A stretch of 42,177 nucleotides of DNA from Phoronis australis. Lineage: Eukaryota > Animalia > Phoronida. Numbering within the stretch: the first letter of the stretch is position 1; every line of letters begins with the position of its first letter. Shown here piece by piece: positions 1 to 11,210 of the stretch. The notes below the pieces were generated by a model. The model searched no databases, was not told where the DNA came from, and saw only the letters and a list, made by a program, of their open reading frames with translations. Position numbers and translations under genes: made by a program. The stretch is taken from NCBI GenBank assembly GCA_002633005.1, contig NMRA01001186.1, positions 1 to 42,177 on the forward strand. The letters run 5' to 3'.

Positions 1-591
1 CCATAAATCACTCGACCGTATCGTGGCGCGGTGTTGGGGAATAGCACTGCTTTATGGGACTATGTGAGCTCCCAAGGTACGTCATTTGTGCAAAGGTCAC
101 CTATTTGCAGAATTTTTTGTTTTCACTTTAACAAGTTGTCGATCAATACAACTGCACTTCATTTAGCGTAGATGATGTTCAAATAGTATTGTTGTTTAGT
201 ACCAGCTACATATTAGCATAGTTAGAAGCATTCAAACACATTTTTAATCTTTAGTCTTTATAAATTTGACAAAATAGAATTTCACTTCAGTGCCCTTGTC
301 CATCTAAGGGAAAGGTTGCCTGTCCTTTCTTAGAGGGGAATATTTTGTGGGGGGGGGGTAGAATTCTACCTCCTGATCACCATCAATAGCACCCCCATCC
401 TGTTGCAAGCTCTCATAGGCTCTGCCTTAAGTAGCCCTTGTTCTCTTTCAAATTGTTGCTATCACTTGAGAGGAATTTTTAGACATCAGGAGGGGAATTT
501 CGTGTGATTTTTCAATATTTTGCAGAGGGTCATGGGTCCCATATTTGGCCCCAGTATCAACGGATTGAGGTCTGAATTTTGTGTGATTTTT

Positions 592-1839
592 ATGCGCCCA
601 CATATTTATATGTGGTCGCATATTGCCGTCATCTGTGTCTGGGCGTCGGGGCATCCGGCATCCGCAGCTGTATCTCCTAAACCCCTGACAGGATCTTGAT
701 GAGATTTGGCATGTACGTTCCTATTAAGCTGACGACAAATGATGACAAATTTTGGACCTCTCCAACAACAGGTGTGCCCCCTTGTGACAATTTATTTTTT
801 GCGCTCACCTCTGTATCTTCGGAGGTCCTCAACGTATTTTCACAAAATTAGGAATATAGGCATCTTTTAGTGAGATGACACTATCCTCTCATTTTCAGAT
901 GCATTCAACGTAGTTTGCACCACCTAGTGGCCATTTTTACTGTTTTCGAGTCCGTTTTTTGACGCCCACCCTTCTATTAACCAAACTGCTCTGAGGATGA
1001 TTGTGAAAAATGGCATGTATGTTCTTACTATGAAAAATATGGCTGATGATGATTTTCCGACGACTTCGACTACTCTGGCGCCTCCTAGTGGCAGTTTTTT
1101 TTGCACCCATGACTTTATCTCCTGAATGGTTTGCAGGATCTTTATTAAATTTAGCAAGTGTATTTGTATGATGTTGACAACGGACGACGACGATATTCGC
1201 AGGGATGGGACTACTGGTGCTCCTCCTAGTGGCAATTTTAGTTTTTTACATTTACCTCCGTATCTTTAAAGGTCCTCAAGACATTTTCATAAAATTTGGG
1301 CCGTAGCTCTCTATTAGTGAGATGACGCTATCCTACCGTTTTTGGATGGATTCAAGGTATTTTGCGCCATCTAATGGCTATTTTTATTGTTTTCGAGTGC
1401 TTTTTGTCATCCACCAGTCTATCAACCAAACCATTCTTAGGATGATTTTGAAAATTGGCGTATATGTTCTCAGTGTGAAGAGAACAATTGAGGATGACGA
1501 CGTCGACTACTGTGGCGCCTCCTAGTGGTGGTTTTGTTTTGCGCCCATAGCTGCATCTACACCGTAAGCCCATTGCGGGATCTTTATTAAATTTAATACG
1601 TGTATTTACGGGAAGCTAACAATAGATGACAACTTTGAGGTGGATACTGTTCTTTGTCAGATTTTTATGAAATTTAGTAAATAGCTTTCTATTGAAGAAG
1701 CGATGGCATGTTCCATTTGCAGATGGATTGGACGTTTTGCACCATCTAGTTGTCATTTTTTTGATACAAATAAACAACTTTAGAAGCTTTGTTGCGGTAC
1801 ATTCGTAGGCACATTTCAACATTCTGTGAATTGCTCTTC
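592..1839 (+). mobile_element. Helentron-associated non-autonomous element (HINE/DINE-1-like), family A copy 1, with internal ~145-bp/~440-bp tandem units
   Basis: 5' hairpin ATGCGCCCACATAT-TT-ATATGTGGTCGCAT follows a T-run; 3' end CGTAGGCACATTTCAAC...TTGCTCTTC matches the 3' end of copy 3 (TGTGGGCGCATTTCAATG...TTGCTCTTG); no TSD, inserted in a T-run; recurring GCGCC(A/T)CCTAGTGG motif. Confidence 0.7.
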
Positions 1840-2744
1840 TTCATTATTTTGCAGAGGGGAATGGGTCCAATATTTGGCCCCATTTTCATTTTCAACGGAT
1901 TGAGTGCCCTGTCACTTGCTGGCCATATTGTCATATTGTGTGGAGATTTGCCTTAACTCTGCAGGCCTGGTATTGGTGAATTGGTCAGTGGACATTAAAC
2001 CTTCAAGGTAATGCCCTACAATGGCAGAGACAACCCCTAATGTTTAAGGTGCTGTAGATTAAATGGAAAAGGGGCCCCTTAAAGCCCGACTTCAATGGAA
2101 TTTTGTTATTTTAGATGTATTGGGATAATCAGAAAGTCCTAGCAAAGCCTTAGCAAAATGAGAAAACGAGAGTTTAATCACACAAATATAGGCCCGTCAA
2201 ATGATAAGCTGCCTTTTTGTGTCATGTTGCGTCACCGCGAGATCCCAGCACCAACATAAGACCGATAACGGTTGTAATAAATAGGGGTCTGAACAGAACA
2301 CCGTTGCGTGCGGGTGTTATTTACAGCTGTTTGAATTAAAAGGTGGTTCTCACGGCGACGTAGACAAAAGCGAACCAATACGCCTAACAGTGGTGGGCTC
2401 TGAGCGATGCTCTTAACATACTGTAGGTCGGTTCCAAATTTACAGGTGTTACCGTTCAAAAATTCCTTGGGACCCCAAGTCACAGCTTAATTCCTGTAGT
2501 GCACGGGCCAGATTTGCATGATGGTATTTGTGAAACATAATGTTTAAATTCTCTCCATATATCGGACAAGTGAAATTTAATTTTATATTGTTTCATGAAA
2601 GATAAATAGCCTCAGTGAAAGAGATGTATAGCAATGTTTTGAAAAGTTAGGGGTGTTAACATCATTGTTATAAGCCTTTCAAAAGGGTAAAAACAATCAA
2701 CCTTTGCCATTATTATTGTCGGAAGTTTGTGAAATTTTACCACT

Positions 2745-3773
2745 TCAACCTTTGCAGTCATGGGCTAATGCTGTTTCAAACCTGTGCTCTAACACCTTCA
2801 TCTCACGATGACACAGTTTAGGACAGTTCGTAATCACTCCGTCATTGTCCAGGAGTGTGACGTTCACTAAGGCCACGACTAGACCATGAAATGATTGCTC
2901 CAGCCAAACGGGCAGTGTGTAAGGCATTGCGTTGGTGATATCTGTGAACGCTTTCATAGAAGTCACGTAGAAATGGCTGTTGACAAGTGGCGGCCACATT
3001 TGATAAGGATACTCGTCTACTGAGACGAACGTCGGGCAGTTGCCATGGCGATTTGGCAACGAATTATAAGTCACTTTCCCGGCTATGAGATATTGATTTT
3101 TGTTAAACTTGAGCATTGTTTCCAATGATGACGTAAGCAAGGATGTGGACACGGTCATTGTGTCGTCAACGACGACGACATATTTTGCATTGAAACAGTT
3201 TTGAGCAATCCACTGATACGCCATGATCAACAGTGTTCTGTTATTTCTTCCGTCATCTGCAAAGTTCCCCTGCACAATGTCACCATAGGCTTCGTGTTCA
3301 TTCTTAACTGCAACTTGCAACGCCTCATGTCCCTTGCCAACGGTTCCGCTGCCGAAAACGAAAAATGTCCGGAAAATATCAGTTTTTTCAGCACCCCAGC
3401 TGGTCCGTATCTCGTTTCGGCGTTTTAAATTTTGCGCTCGCGATTTCACAACAAATACAAAGAGGAGGACGTTAGCTATGGAAAGGCGACACCTACCCAG
3501 ATCTGCAGCAAGTATCGTATAATCTGCTGGGTACAGCGGTTTTAATCGTGGCTCTCGGCCATCTTTGATTTCCCTAACCGCATCCTTTACTTCATCCGAT
3601 GGTGTCCATTTGGCATTGTGCACGGAAGCATCTGTCTTGCCATTACCATAACGAGGTTCCGCACACGGATCCCACTCTTTGGAGTAATCGTGCATGAATA
3701 CAACGAGGTTGACACCAACAGTGACAAGGAATAGAAGGCAGAGAAACTTCTTCCGTCCCCTGCACCACTGCAT
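2745..3773 (-). CDS. Beta-1,3-glycosyltransferase, GT31/Galactosyl_T family, Brainiac-like, type II membrane protein (342 aa from the first ATG; the ORF-track start at 3905 is a GTG)
   Basis: Short basic N-tail plus TM anchor (RGRKKFLCLLFLVTVGVNLVVF); GT31 motifs VVKS..N..RR..IR.SWG, FVFG, E...YGDIVQGNF.D...N, W....C.NAKY, EYPY..WPP; candidate acceptor tatttcag on the - strand at 4160-4161 upstream of the ATG. Confidence 0.9.
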   Translation of the reverse strand: MQWCRGRKKFLCLLFLVTVGVNLVVFMHDYSKEWDPCAEPRYGNGKTDASVHNAKWTPSDEVKDAVREIKDGREPRLKPLYPADYTILAADLGRCRLSIANVLLFVFVVKSRAQNLKRRNEIRTSWGAEKTDIFRTFFVFGSGTVGKGHEALQVAVKNEHEAYGDIVQGNFADDGRNNRTLLIMAYQWIAQNCFNAKYVVVVDDTMTVSTSLLTSSLETMLKFNKNQYLIAGKVTYNSLPNRHGNCPTFVSVDEYPYQMWPPLVNSHFYVTSMKAFTDITNAMPYTLPVWLEQSFHGLVVALVNVTLLDNDGVITNCPKLCHREMKVLEHRFETALAHDCKG

Positions 3774-6700
3774 CAGACTATAGTCTGTGTATCTGTCCCT
3801 ATCTCTCTCCACACGGATAAGGTTTATGTTGTCTAAAAAATAGCACACTGTATGAAGAGCCAGCTGATTAAAAACTGTCTTCACAATCCCCGCTCTCCCT
3901 TTCACTGGGCAAAATCAATGAGTCTCATCAGGTGTTCCTGGATATCCATTGTGTTGAATGATTGTGTTGAATGGAACAGCTTGCACCATCTGACTTTAAA
4001 CTGTGTCTTGGTCTCTCAGATACATCATGTCCTGTAGAGGTATCCAGACATGATTCTGCAGAGGTATATTGCACAGATGTCCCTGCCTGTTAGGCTATAT
4101 TCAACGTTTGCACTGTGTTCAGGTGGTATACTAGGGGTGTCAGCTATCTGTGGCATTTGCTGAAATATAAATGCATCATAGTTATTACTAGTTCCAAGCA
4201 TAGCTATGCGTTCATGTTTTTTATACAGGATGCTCCCATAGCAAATAGTCCAAACACCTAACTATACTGCTAATAATAGAAGGTATCCAAAAGAATTTTG
4301 TCTCATGGCGTCGACACTACAAACTACGCTAGTGATGGGCTTATGTTTGATCTATGTTTTTGTTGTGAAATTTTGTCAAAATTGAAAAGATTGAGAGTAG
4401 AGAGCAACTCATTAGCTTTGAGTGTCTAAGGACCAACTCTCTTGCGTAATTACCAGGATGCATGCATTTCTATTAGTAAAGGACTGCGCTACCTAGTAAT
4501 ATTTAAGTTTCACATTTGATTACCTTATTTGAAAATTGTAACTTGTGTTTATTCACCCAATAATTCATTCAACATGGCTGACTTGGTTGAACCTGAACTA
4601 TAGTTTATCATGGTTTTCAGCTTCGCCTCTTGGAAGTAAACGCTTGGACGGCTTACATCATTGTAGGCAGAAATCATGCAAATTTAGGACATAATATAGC
4701 AAATTATTAAAATTTATGTTGTATTGTTTCATATAGGATTAATAGATTATCAGTTTCAAGGTTTATCATTTACAGAACCTTTTGTGCCATGGGTTTCAGA
4801 TTATAATATTTTACTGGTAAAAGCATTCCAACCAATGATTGATGCTCTTGAAAAATGTAAAGAAGCAATTCTCACATTTTACTGGCGAGATTCTGTATTC
4901 TAAACAATTATACCATGCCTGGTACCTGCTAAGTAAGTTGAAAGGATACCTTACAATTTTTGATTGTCAGCCTGCACAAACTTTTCCTGTCACAAACACA
5001 AATTGTTTATTTTAGATCAAAGCTTTTGTTAGCATCCGATTACCACTGAATGTTGCCATATTTTTAGCCTATTTTATGTAAACTTTGTGGTGTGGACTTT
5101 AGTTATTTGCTATTGCTTGATAGCCTGAGGATAGAAATTCAATGTTGATCTTCACTTGTTGGTAACTGCTGTAAGTGCTCTGTCCTAATTAGGTGGCATC
5201 TTGACAGAAACATGCAGAAGATATTAATGTTTCATGACGGGTAGTTTCAGTTTGAATACCCCTATGCCAGATTACATCACCACTACTAGTTAACCAGAGT
5301 CCTGTTTTAATGCTGACTTGGCATTGGTTGGCTGATCTAGGTAGAGTTCAATAGATGTCGAGGCAAGAAAATCTAGTCAAAATCATGTGCCATCACTGAT
5401 AAAGCACCGTTCACGAAATCTCGATAGACCTAATGTTCTGCTAGCAGGACACTAAAGTCATTGACATTTCTCAGGCTCACCATGACAAGTTTATTCTCCC
5501 GAGTGATCTATTTAACTATAATTGTAATATCTCACCAACTTTAGACGCAATATTGCATACAAGTGAAATTTTGTTTTCAGATTTTTTTCATTCAAGTTAT
5601 GACACTTTACCGCATTCGAGTTCTCTACCCTAAGCTACCTTGCGAAAATAATTTGAAAAAATGGGGAGATTCCCAACAATGCTAGAGAGGATTACCACAA
5701 TACGTCTATACCATCTACTAGCCTACCCTGTACTACTCAAATAAAAACAGTATGCAGTTCTTCATTTCAAATGTTCAGATGTACATCCCATCTGGATCAC
5801 TGCTGTTAGATGAGCCATCTACGGCAGGTGTATTGTGTGATATTACTGACACTTCAGGTGTGCACTGTTGTCTTAGACTGAACACAGTGTTCTACTGCCA
5901 AGATAAATATAAAACTGCCTAAGAAAGAATTGATTCCCACCCCTTCGGGTTTGTTACGTAAATAGCCTAACCTAACCATTACACTACAGTACACACAACC
6001 TGGATGGCTAAATATGAATTGCCAATACTACAGCTGTAGGGATAAATCACTGGTTTGTTTAAATGACGTGGTGATAAAACTGATATGGCTAAGCTCTCCT
6101 TGACAATGAGGTTGAAGGCTACAAAAATACTCTGCTTCATTGATCATACTCACTGGCTCTGAGATTTTCCTCAATAATACTCCACACAAGGTCCGCCTGA
6201 CTGCTCAGTAGCCTAATAAAGCAGAATAGCAGAAGCTGGTCTATGACCTCTAGGTGAGCTGTGACCTAGTTCTGTTTCCCTGACTGCCTGTAACTTTAGA
6301 TTCACTGACCACAGTGTGATGATGGCTAACACTATGGAATGACCAAGTGCATCTGTAATAGGTTTGATGAAATGTCCACTTTGATTTTGCACACCATATC
6401 TTATTGGAATTATGGCATGAATAAGGAATGAATAGGCTGCATGAGGAAACATTTAATCAGCAGACTCTTTTAATCACTTATGGATTATCTCTTATTAAGC
6501 TGTCGATTATTTGTCCAGGAAGCTTGTCAAATCTCATTTTTAATGAAAGTTGATGATAAAGATCAATTGTTTTTAAGGTATATTTTTGAATTATTAATTT
6601 CACTTTAAGTGGAAGAAATCATCACCTGTTTTTAGGTACTAAGTATTTTTTTGGTTTTACTTGGTACTATTATCTCATTAGCTAAAAGCAATTCTTGCCC

Positions 6701-6797
6701 CATAGAGCTGCCAGGGCTATTCTGGGAACTAGAACTAGGGACACCCGGGTCGTCGACTTGTACTCCAAGATTGGACTTATGAAAGTAAAACAAAGAA

Positions 6798-7305
6798 ATA
6801 AATATCTCAATGGTTTGGTTCCAACATATCTCAGCCGCAAATTCAGTAGCAGTCAAGCTAAATACTCTACATGTTCTTCGGTTGCTGGTAATGTTCTTTC
6901 AAAAAATTGAAACCAAGACCGGCAATAGATCTTTTATTGATGTTGCTGCTGCTGCAATATGGAACTCTCTTAGCTCAGAAATTAAATGATCCGATTTAAT
7001 TAATACTTTCAAACTTAATATTAAAAAGCGGCTGTAATTTACTGAACCATTCTTACATATTACCTGTCTGAATTATGTCATTTTTCATTATTTAGTATCA
7101 TCTCTTTATTTGTTTGATCTCGCGTCATTTATTTATCTAAATTCTAAACCTGTTTCATTGTTACATGTATTTAATTATTGTTTTGCTACTTTATTGTATT
7201 ATATTACTGTTTTGTATTTCGTTGTTGAGGGTCCTCTCGGAAAGCAGTGCTTGCACTGAAGAGGCCACCCTCATTTTAAATATTACAATAAATAAATAAA
7301 TAAAT
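6798..7305 (+). mobile_element. 5'-truncated LINE (CR1/L2-group) 3' fragment
   Basis: Decayed ORF2 C-terminal peptides YLNGLVPTYLS and AAIWNSLSSEIK*SDLINTFKLNIKK; T-rich 3' UTR; stem-loop near 7228-7273; (AATA)n tail. Confidence 0.7.
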
Positions 7306-7307
7306 TA

Positions 7308-8440
7308 ATGAAAGCGCTCCGAGGAGCGAAACTTGGCGAAATTAACCAAAAACATGTCGATAAAGATGATGACGAAGATGACGACGATGGTGGCGAGGAT
7401 GAACAAAAGAAGTAATAATAACATACGCATGACGAACGTAGAAGTCCGAAATCAGTAAGAAAAAGGCTACAGTCTTGAGCGACACTTGGCGAAATTAACG
7501 GAAAAGACAACAACGGAGATTATGACGAAGATGATGATGATGATGACGAAGATGATGATGGTGGTGGCGATGATGAACAACATCACAACATTCATATGAC
7601 GAACTTAGATGTCATAAATCAATAAGAAATAGGCTACAGTCTAGTTCAATAGAAGATAAACCAACATCAATGCAGCAAAAGCGCTCAACAAAGGAACAGC
7701 GTTATCAGAAAATCTCAAATAACTCAAAAAGTAGACGTCCTAGCGAAAAATGGAAAACATCTTCTGAAAGCCCGTCCAAAATTCTATCTAAGCTGATGGT
7801 ATCGCCTAATTCCGTAAGTTTTTCGAAAAAAATAAAATTTTGCATTTTTTTAAGAAGTTCAAACTCAAATAACTCGAAAACGATAAGTCTGAGAAAAAAA
7901 TTGTTACAGTCCATTTGAAAGAATATACATTAAAGAATCCACATTAAAAAAATCAGGTCTTTTTCTCTTCCCGTTTAAAATCGCACTCCAGCACGACTGA
8001 AAATGGGTCAACATGCGCCAGATCCGCCATCTTGAAAGCAACTTCCGTTTTTTGGCTTGGTATAATAGCATGTCATAAGAAAGTAATTCCTGTAAAATTT
8101 CAAAGGAATTGGTCTCATAATGCGCCCTCTACAGGAGAAAACGTTTTTAGGCCAAAATCGAGGGGCGCAGGCGCGATCGCCGATATTTCCGCCATCTTTA
8201 ACCGGAAGTAAACAATTTCCGGTATACTTATAGCAAACTTCCGGTCCATTTACTGTACCGCCATCTTGGATCCGATTTTGACGAAAAACAATAGGCTTCC
8301 AGTACTTCCGGAACTACTTGGTATGTGTAAATTTCGTGATGATCGAACGAAAATTGCGACCTGTATCGTGCGAACAGACAAAAAAAAAAAATTAGTGACA
8401 GAGCAACATACTTGGCGAAATTTATTTTGCCAAGTAATAA
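7308..8440 (-). mobile_element. Helentron-associated non-autonomous element, family B copy 1
   Basis: Terminal hairpin ACTTGGCGAAA-TTTA-TTTTGCCAAGT at ~8410-8435; the other end GCGCTCCGAGGAGCG..ACTTGGCGAAATT is the reverse complement of the copy-2 end at ~12908-12941; long inverted homology to 11243-12135; GAT/GAC microsatellites near 7365-7400 and 7520-7575. Confidence 0.7.
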
Positions 8441-11210
8441 AAACTTTGATTTTACATGGAAACTGATAACCCTCACTAAAATTAAATCACGTCCAACAAG
8501 TCATCTTCTCCAGCTCAAGGTGCAAAGATGATGCTGTGGACATCTTGGCACTGTTGTGACAACTTGTTAACCATTCCAGATAAGGCATGTAGCACCCACT
8601 CATGTTTCACCAGTGGTGCCCCCCGGTGGAGACAAGTGCTACTAAGCATTAGCCAAATTTCAGCATGAAGAATAAATCTGGTTTGCACAAACTCGTTGGT
8701 TCGATGTTGAATTGCGTATTATTAATAAAGTTATCACACTTAGCAAGGGAGGTCACAAAGTTTGTTCAAGAAGAGGTTAAACGTGGACACTAAGCGTTGC
8801 TATGTCACCCCTACCTACCCTTCAGTGGAAGCTCGGTCTGTGGTTACTTACTCCAGCAGGCAATGTGAACCCTTGGTGGTATAGCCTCACACAACTGTCT
8901 TAACCAAGCCTCTAGGTATGTCTGTTCGCAGATAAATATCCCATGCCTTGATCACCCTACCCGTGATGGTTTCTATCAGATAGGACCTACCAATATCAAT
9001 ATGTCTATTATTCCTAGGATAGGACATACCCTTTTATCTGTTGTTAATGCCTGGTAATTACAATCTTGCACAGCAACGGTGGTCATCAACCCCAAACATC
9101 TCCCTTGTTACTAAGAACTAGCATTATTGCACAGATAAAATGCTTGTGTGAATGTTACCTAGCCATAAAAGCCATACAGCTACAAGGCAAAAGTATTCAG
9201 ACAAATAACCCTGAATATTCCTAGTCGTAGCGGCTCGACTGAGGCCAAGTTCATCTTCGAAATAGTCTTCCCGTATCTTGGAGAGTGAAGGGAGTCGGGT
9301 GGTGGTGGCATTTCTCCGCTTAAATTTTGTACGAAATTAACTCCCAACATTGTCATTTGTTGACTGCCTGGTACCTTGCTGCAAATGGTGGAAAATTGTC
9401 TACTATTGTTTTATGGTATCTACACAGCACAATCCATGATAGAAGTAGCAAATTAAACTCATCTTTTTATTTGAAAAAATCGAATTTTACTTATCAGACA
9501 TGTTGTATGTTAAATATGGGGAGAGTTACCTAGCCTTTCTGTAGTTAGAATTTTGTCACCCTAATAATTAGCTATTGAACAGGCTTATCCTTCATGACGG
9601 AAAAGGACATTGTGCCTGACCATTTTTTGACTTGTACTGTTTGTAAATTTCTATCCACTGGCAATGTCCTACCTGTTGTTGTCTGGAAGTAGTCATTCAG
9701 TTGCTTCTTTCATGCAAACTACAGTGTAGTCCCCTGTTGCACTGAACACACTGAAATTTGGGAGTGCCCTAACTTAAAGTCTTTTCATGCCAGTGAATGA
9801 AGGCACTGAATTAATCCATTTTACCCTCTCTTGATTGTATGCCTCTGTATTGTGAATGGCCCTCAGATGTAGGCAGCTGGACTGTTATGAAAAGCTTGTT
9901 CTGTGGCCAGGATTGGGTATTGTATTTCCATGTTGGTAGTTTGCACTGACCACAAGGGAGATCACTTAAAGGGATACTGAACCCTGCCTTGATAAATTAA
10001 CCCAATCCTTGATCTGTCACTTGCTGAATTTATCAACTTATCAATCACACCGGACCTTCTGATGATGCTGAACAAAATTCTCTGATGTCATCTCCCTTGT
10101 AGTGACAGCTTATTTCAGTATGTTGCTCCTATATTGGAAAACGATTTTTAAAACTTTTTTTCCTCTAATTTATCGCTGTAATACCATACCATGTATGATG
10201 GTTGTCAAAGACTCATCTAGGATTTGAAAAGGGGGTCAAATGCGTGAGATTGACACTGCCTTAGCATGGATTCCATATAAGGTCACCCTGACATCGCAGA
10301 CAGGGAGGAATTTCCCCAAAAACATGGCCGTCAGCATTTCCCTATTATCAGTATGACATTGATTGTCAAAATAGGCGGTAATAATCTGACATCTTGGTAA
10401 AATCTCACCAATTTCCAAAAAATCATTACCAAAATTACTATAGCAAAATTATTATAGCCCAAAAGTAGTTGAAACCTGGTCTCCGAAACAGATGAAATCG
10501 TAATCTTAAATTCATCAAATTCACACTCTGTGATGCATCTGTAACCTATGACAGAGTTTCTACAAAATTGTAGTGCATTGCTATCAAACTTAATTGTTAA
10601 ATAAGGAGCACTTTTCAGAAAATCCTAGTACGAAAAGTCGCCGACTGATGCGTCGCCGATAGGTCAAGTTGAATTCTTGAGTAAAAATATAGTTACAACT
10701 CAACAAAATACCTGAAGTCCGTAAGTTTTCAAAATAGTGTCCCTAAGATTTTTAAGTTACTTTGGAGTTGGGATTAACTGCATATTAAATCCAAATCTGC
10801 GCTAGATCGTACTCCACTACACGTGAAAAATCTCTGGATGAACACACATATTGTTGTCACGTGATATTTGTTTTGAAGTTCGTCGGCATATTGTGTGAGT
10901 GAGCGAGCGCGTGCGTGTCATTAGAGTTCATTTGCCAGAGAAAACGCAATGTAATGATCTAGGTGTGCATTGTAACTAAAGAAATTAACACAAGCAGTAA
11001 AGCACAACATGTTTTATTTAGCACTTGTTGATCTCATCTGCTAAGAAACGTTTGAAAATTGTCTCGGTAAGGCTGATGTCATTGAGTCGCCGGGTGACTG
11101 GATGCGTAATAGTCTAACAGTTATTTTTTTGGGGAATTCGAGGTGTAAGGCTGCAGAAGTGTTCACTTTCAGTGGGTCATTTTGCCTTGAGAAACACCAA
11201 TTACGACTAA

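Noticed and set aside
44-67. ALLYG peptide resembling SGSM LLYGKNNV
   Set aside because: Followed by TM* and has no flanking similarity; likely chance
924-1822. Recurring short ORFs with PLGGA peptides (also near 15.8-16.5 kb and 40.3-40.9 kb)
   Set aside because: Translations of the DNA motif CCACTAGGTGGCGC in non-coding tandem units
3774-3905. 44-aa N-terminal extension of the GT31 ORF
   Set aside because: Starts at GTG; the ATG at 3773 gives a typical short tail plus TM anchor
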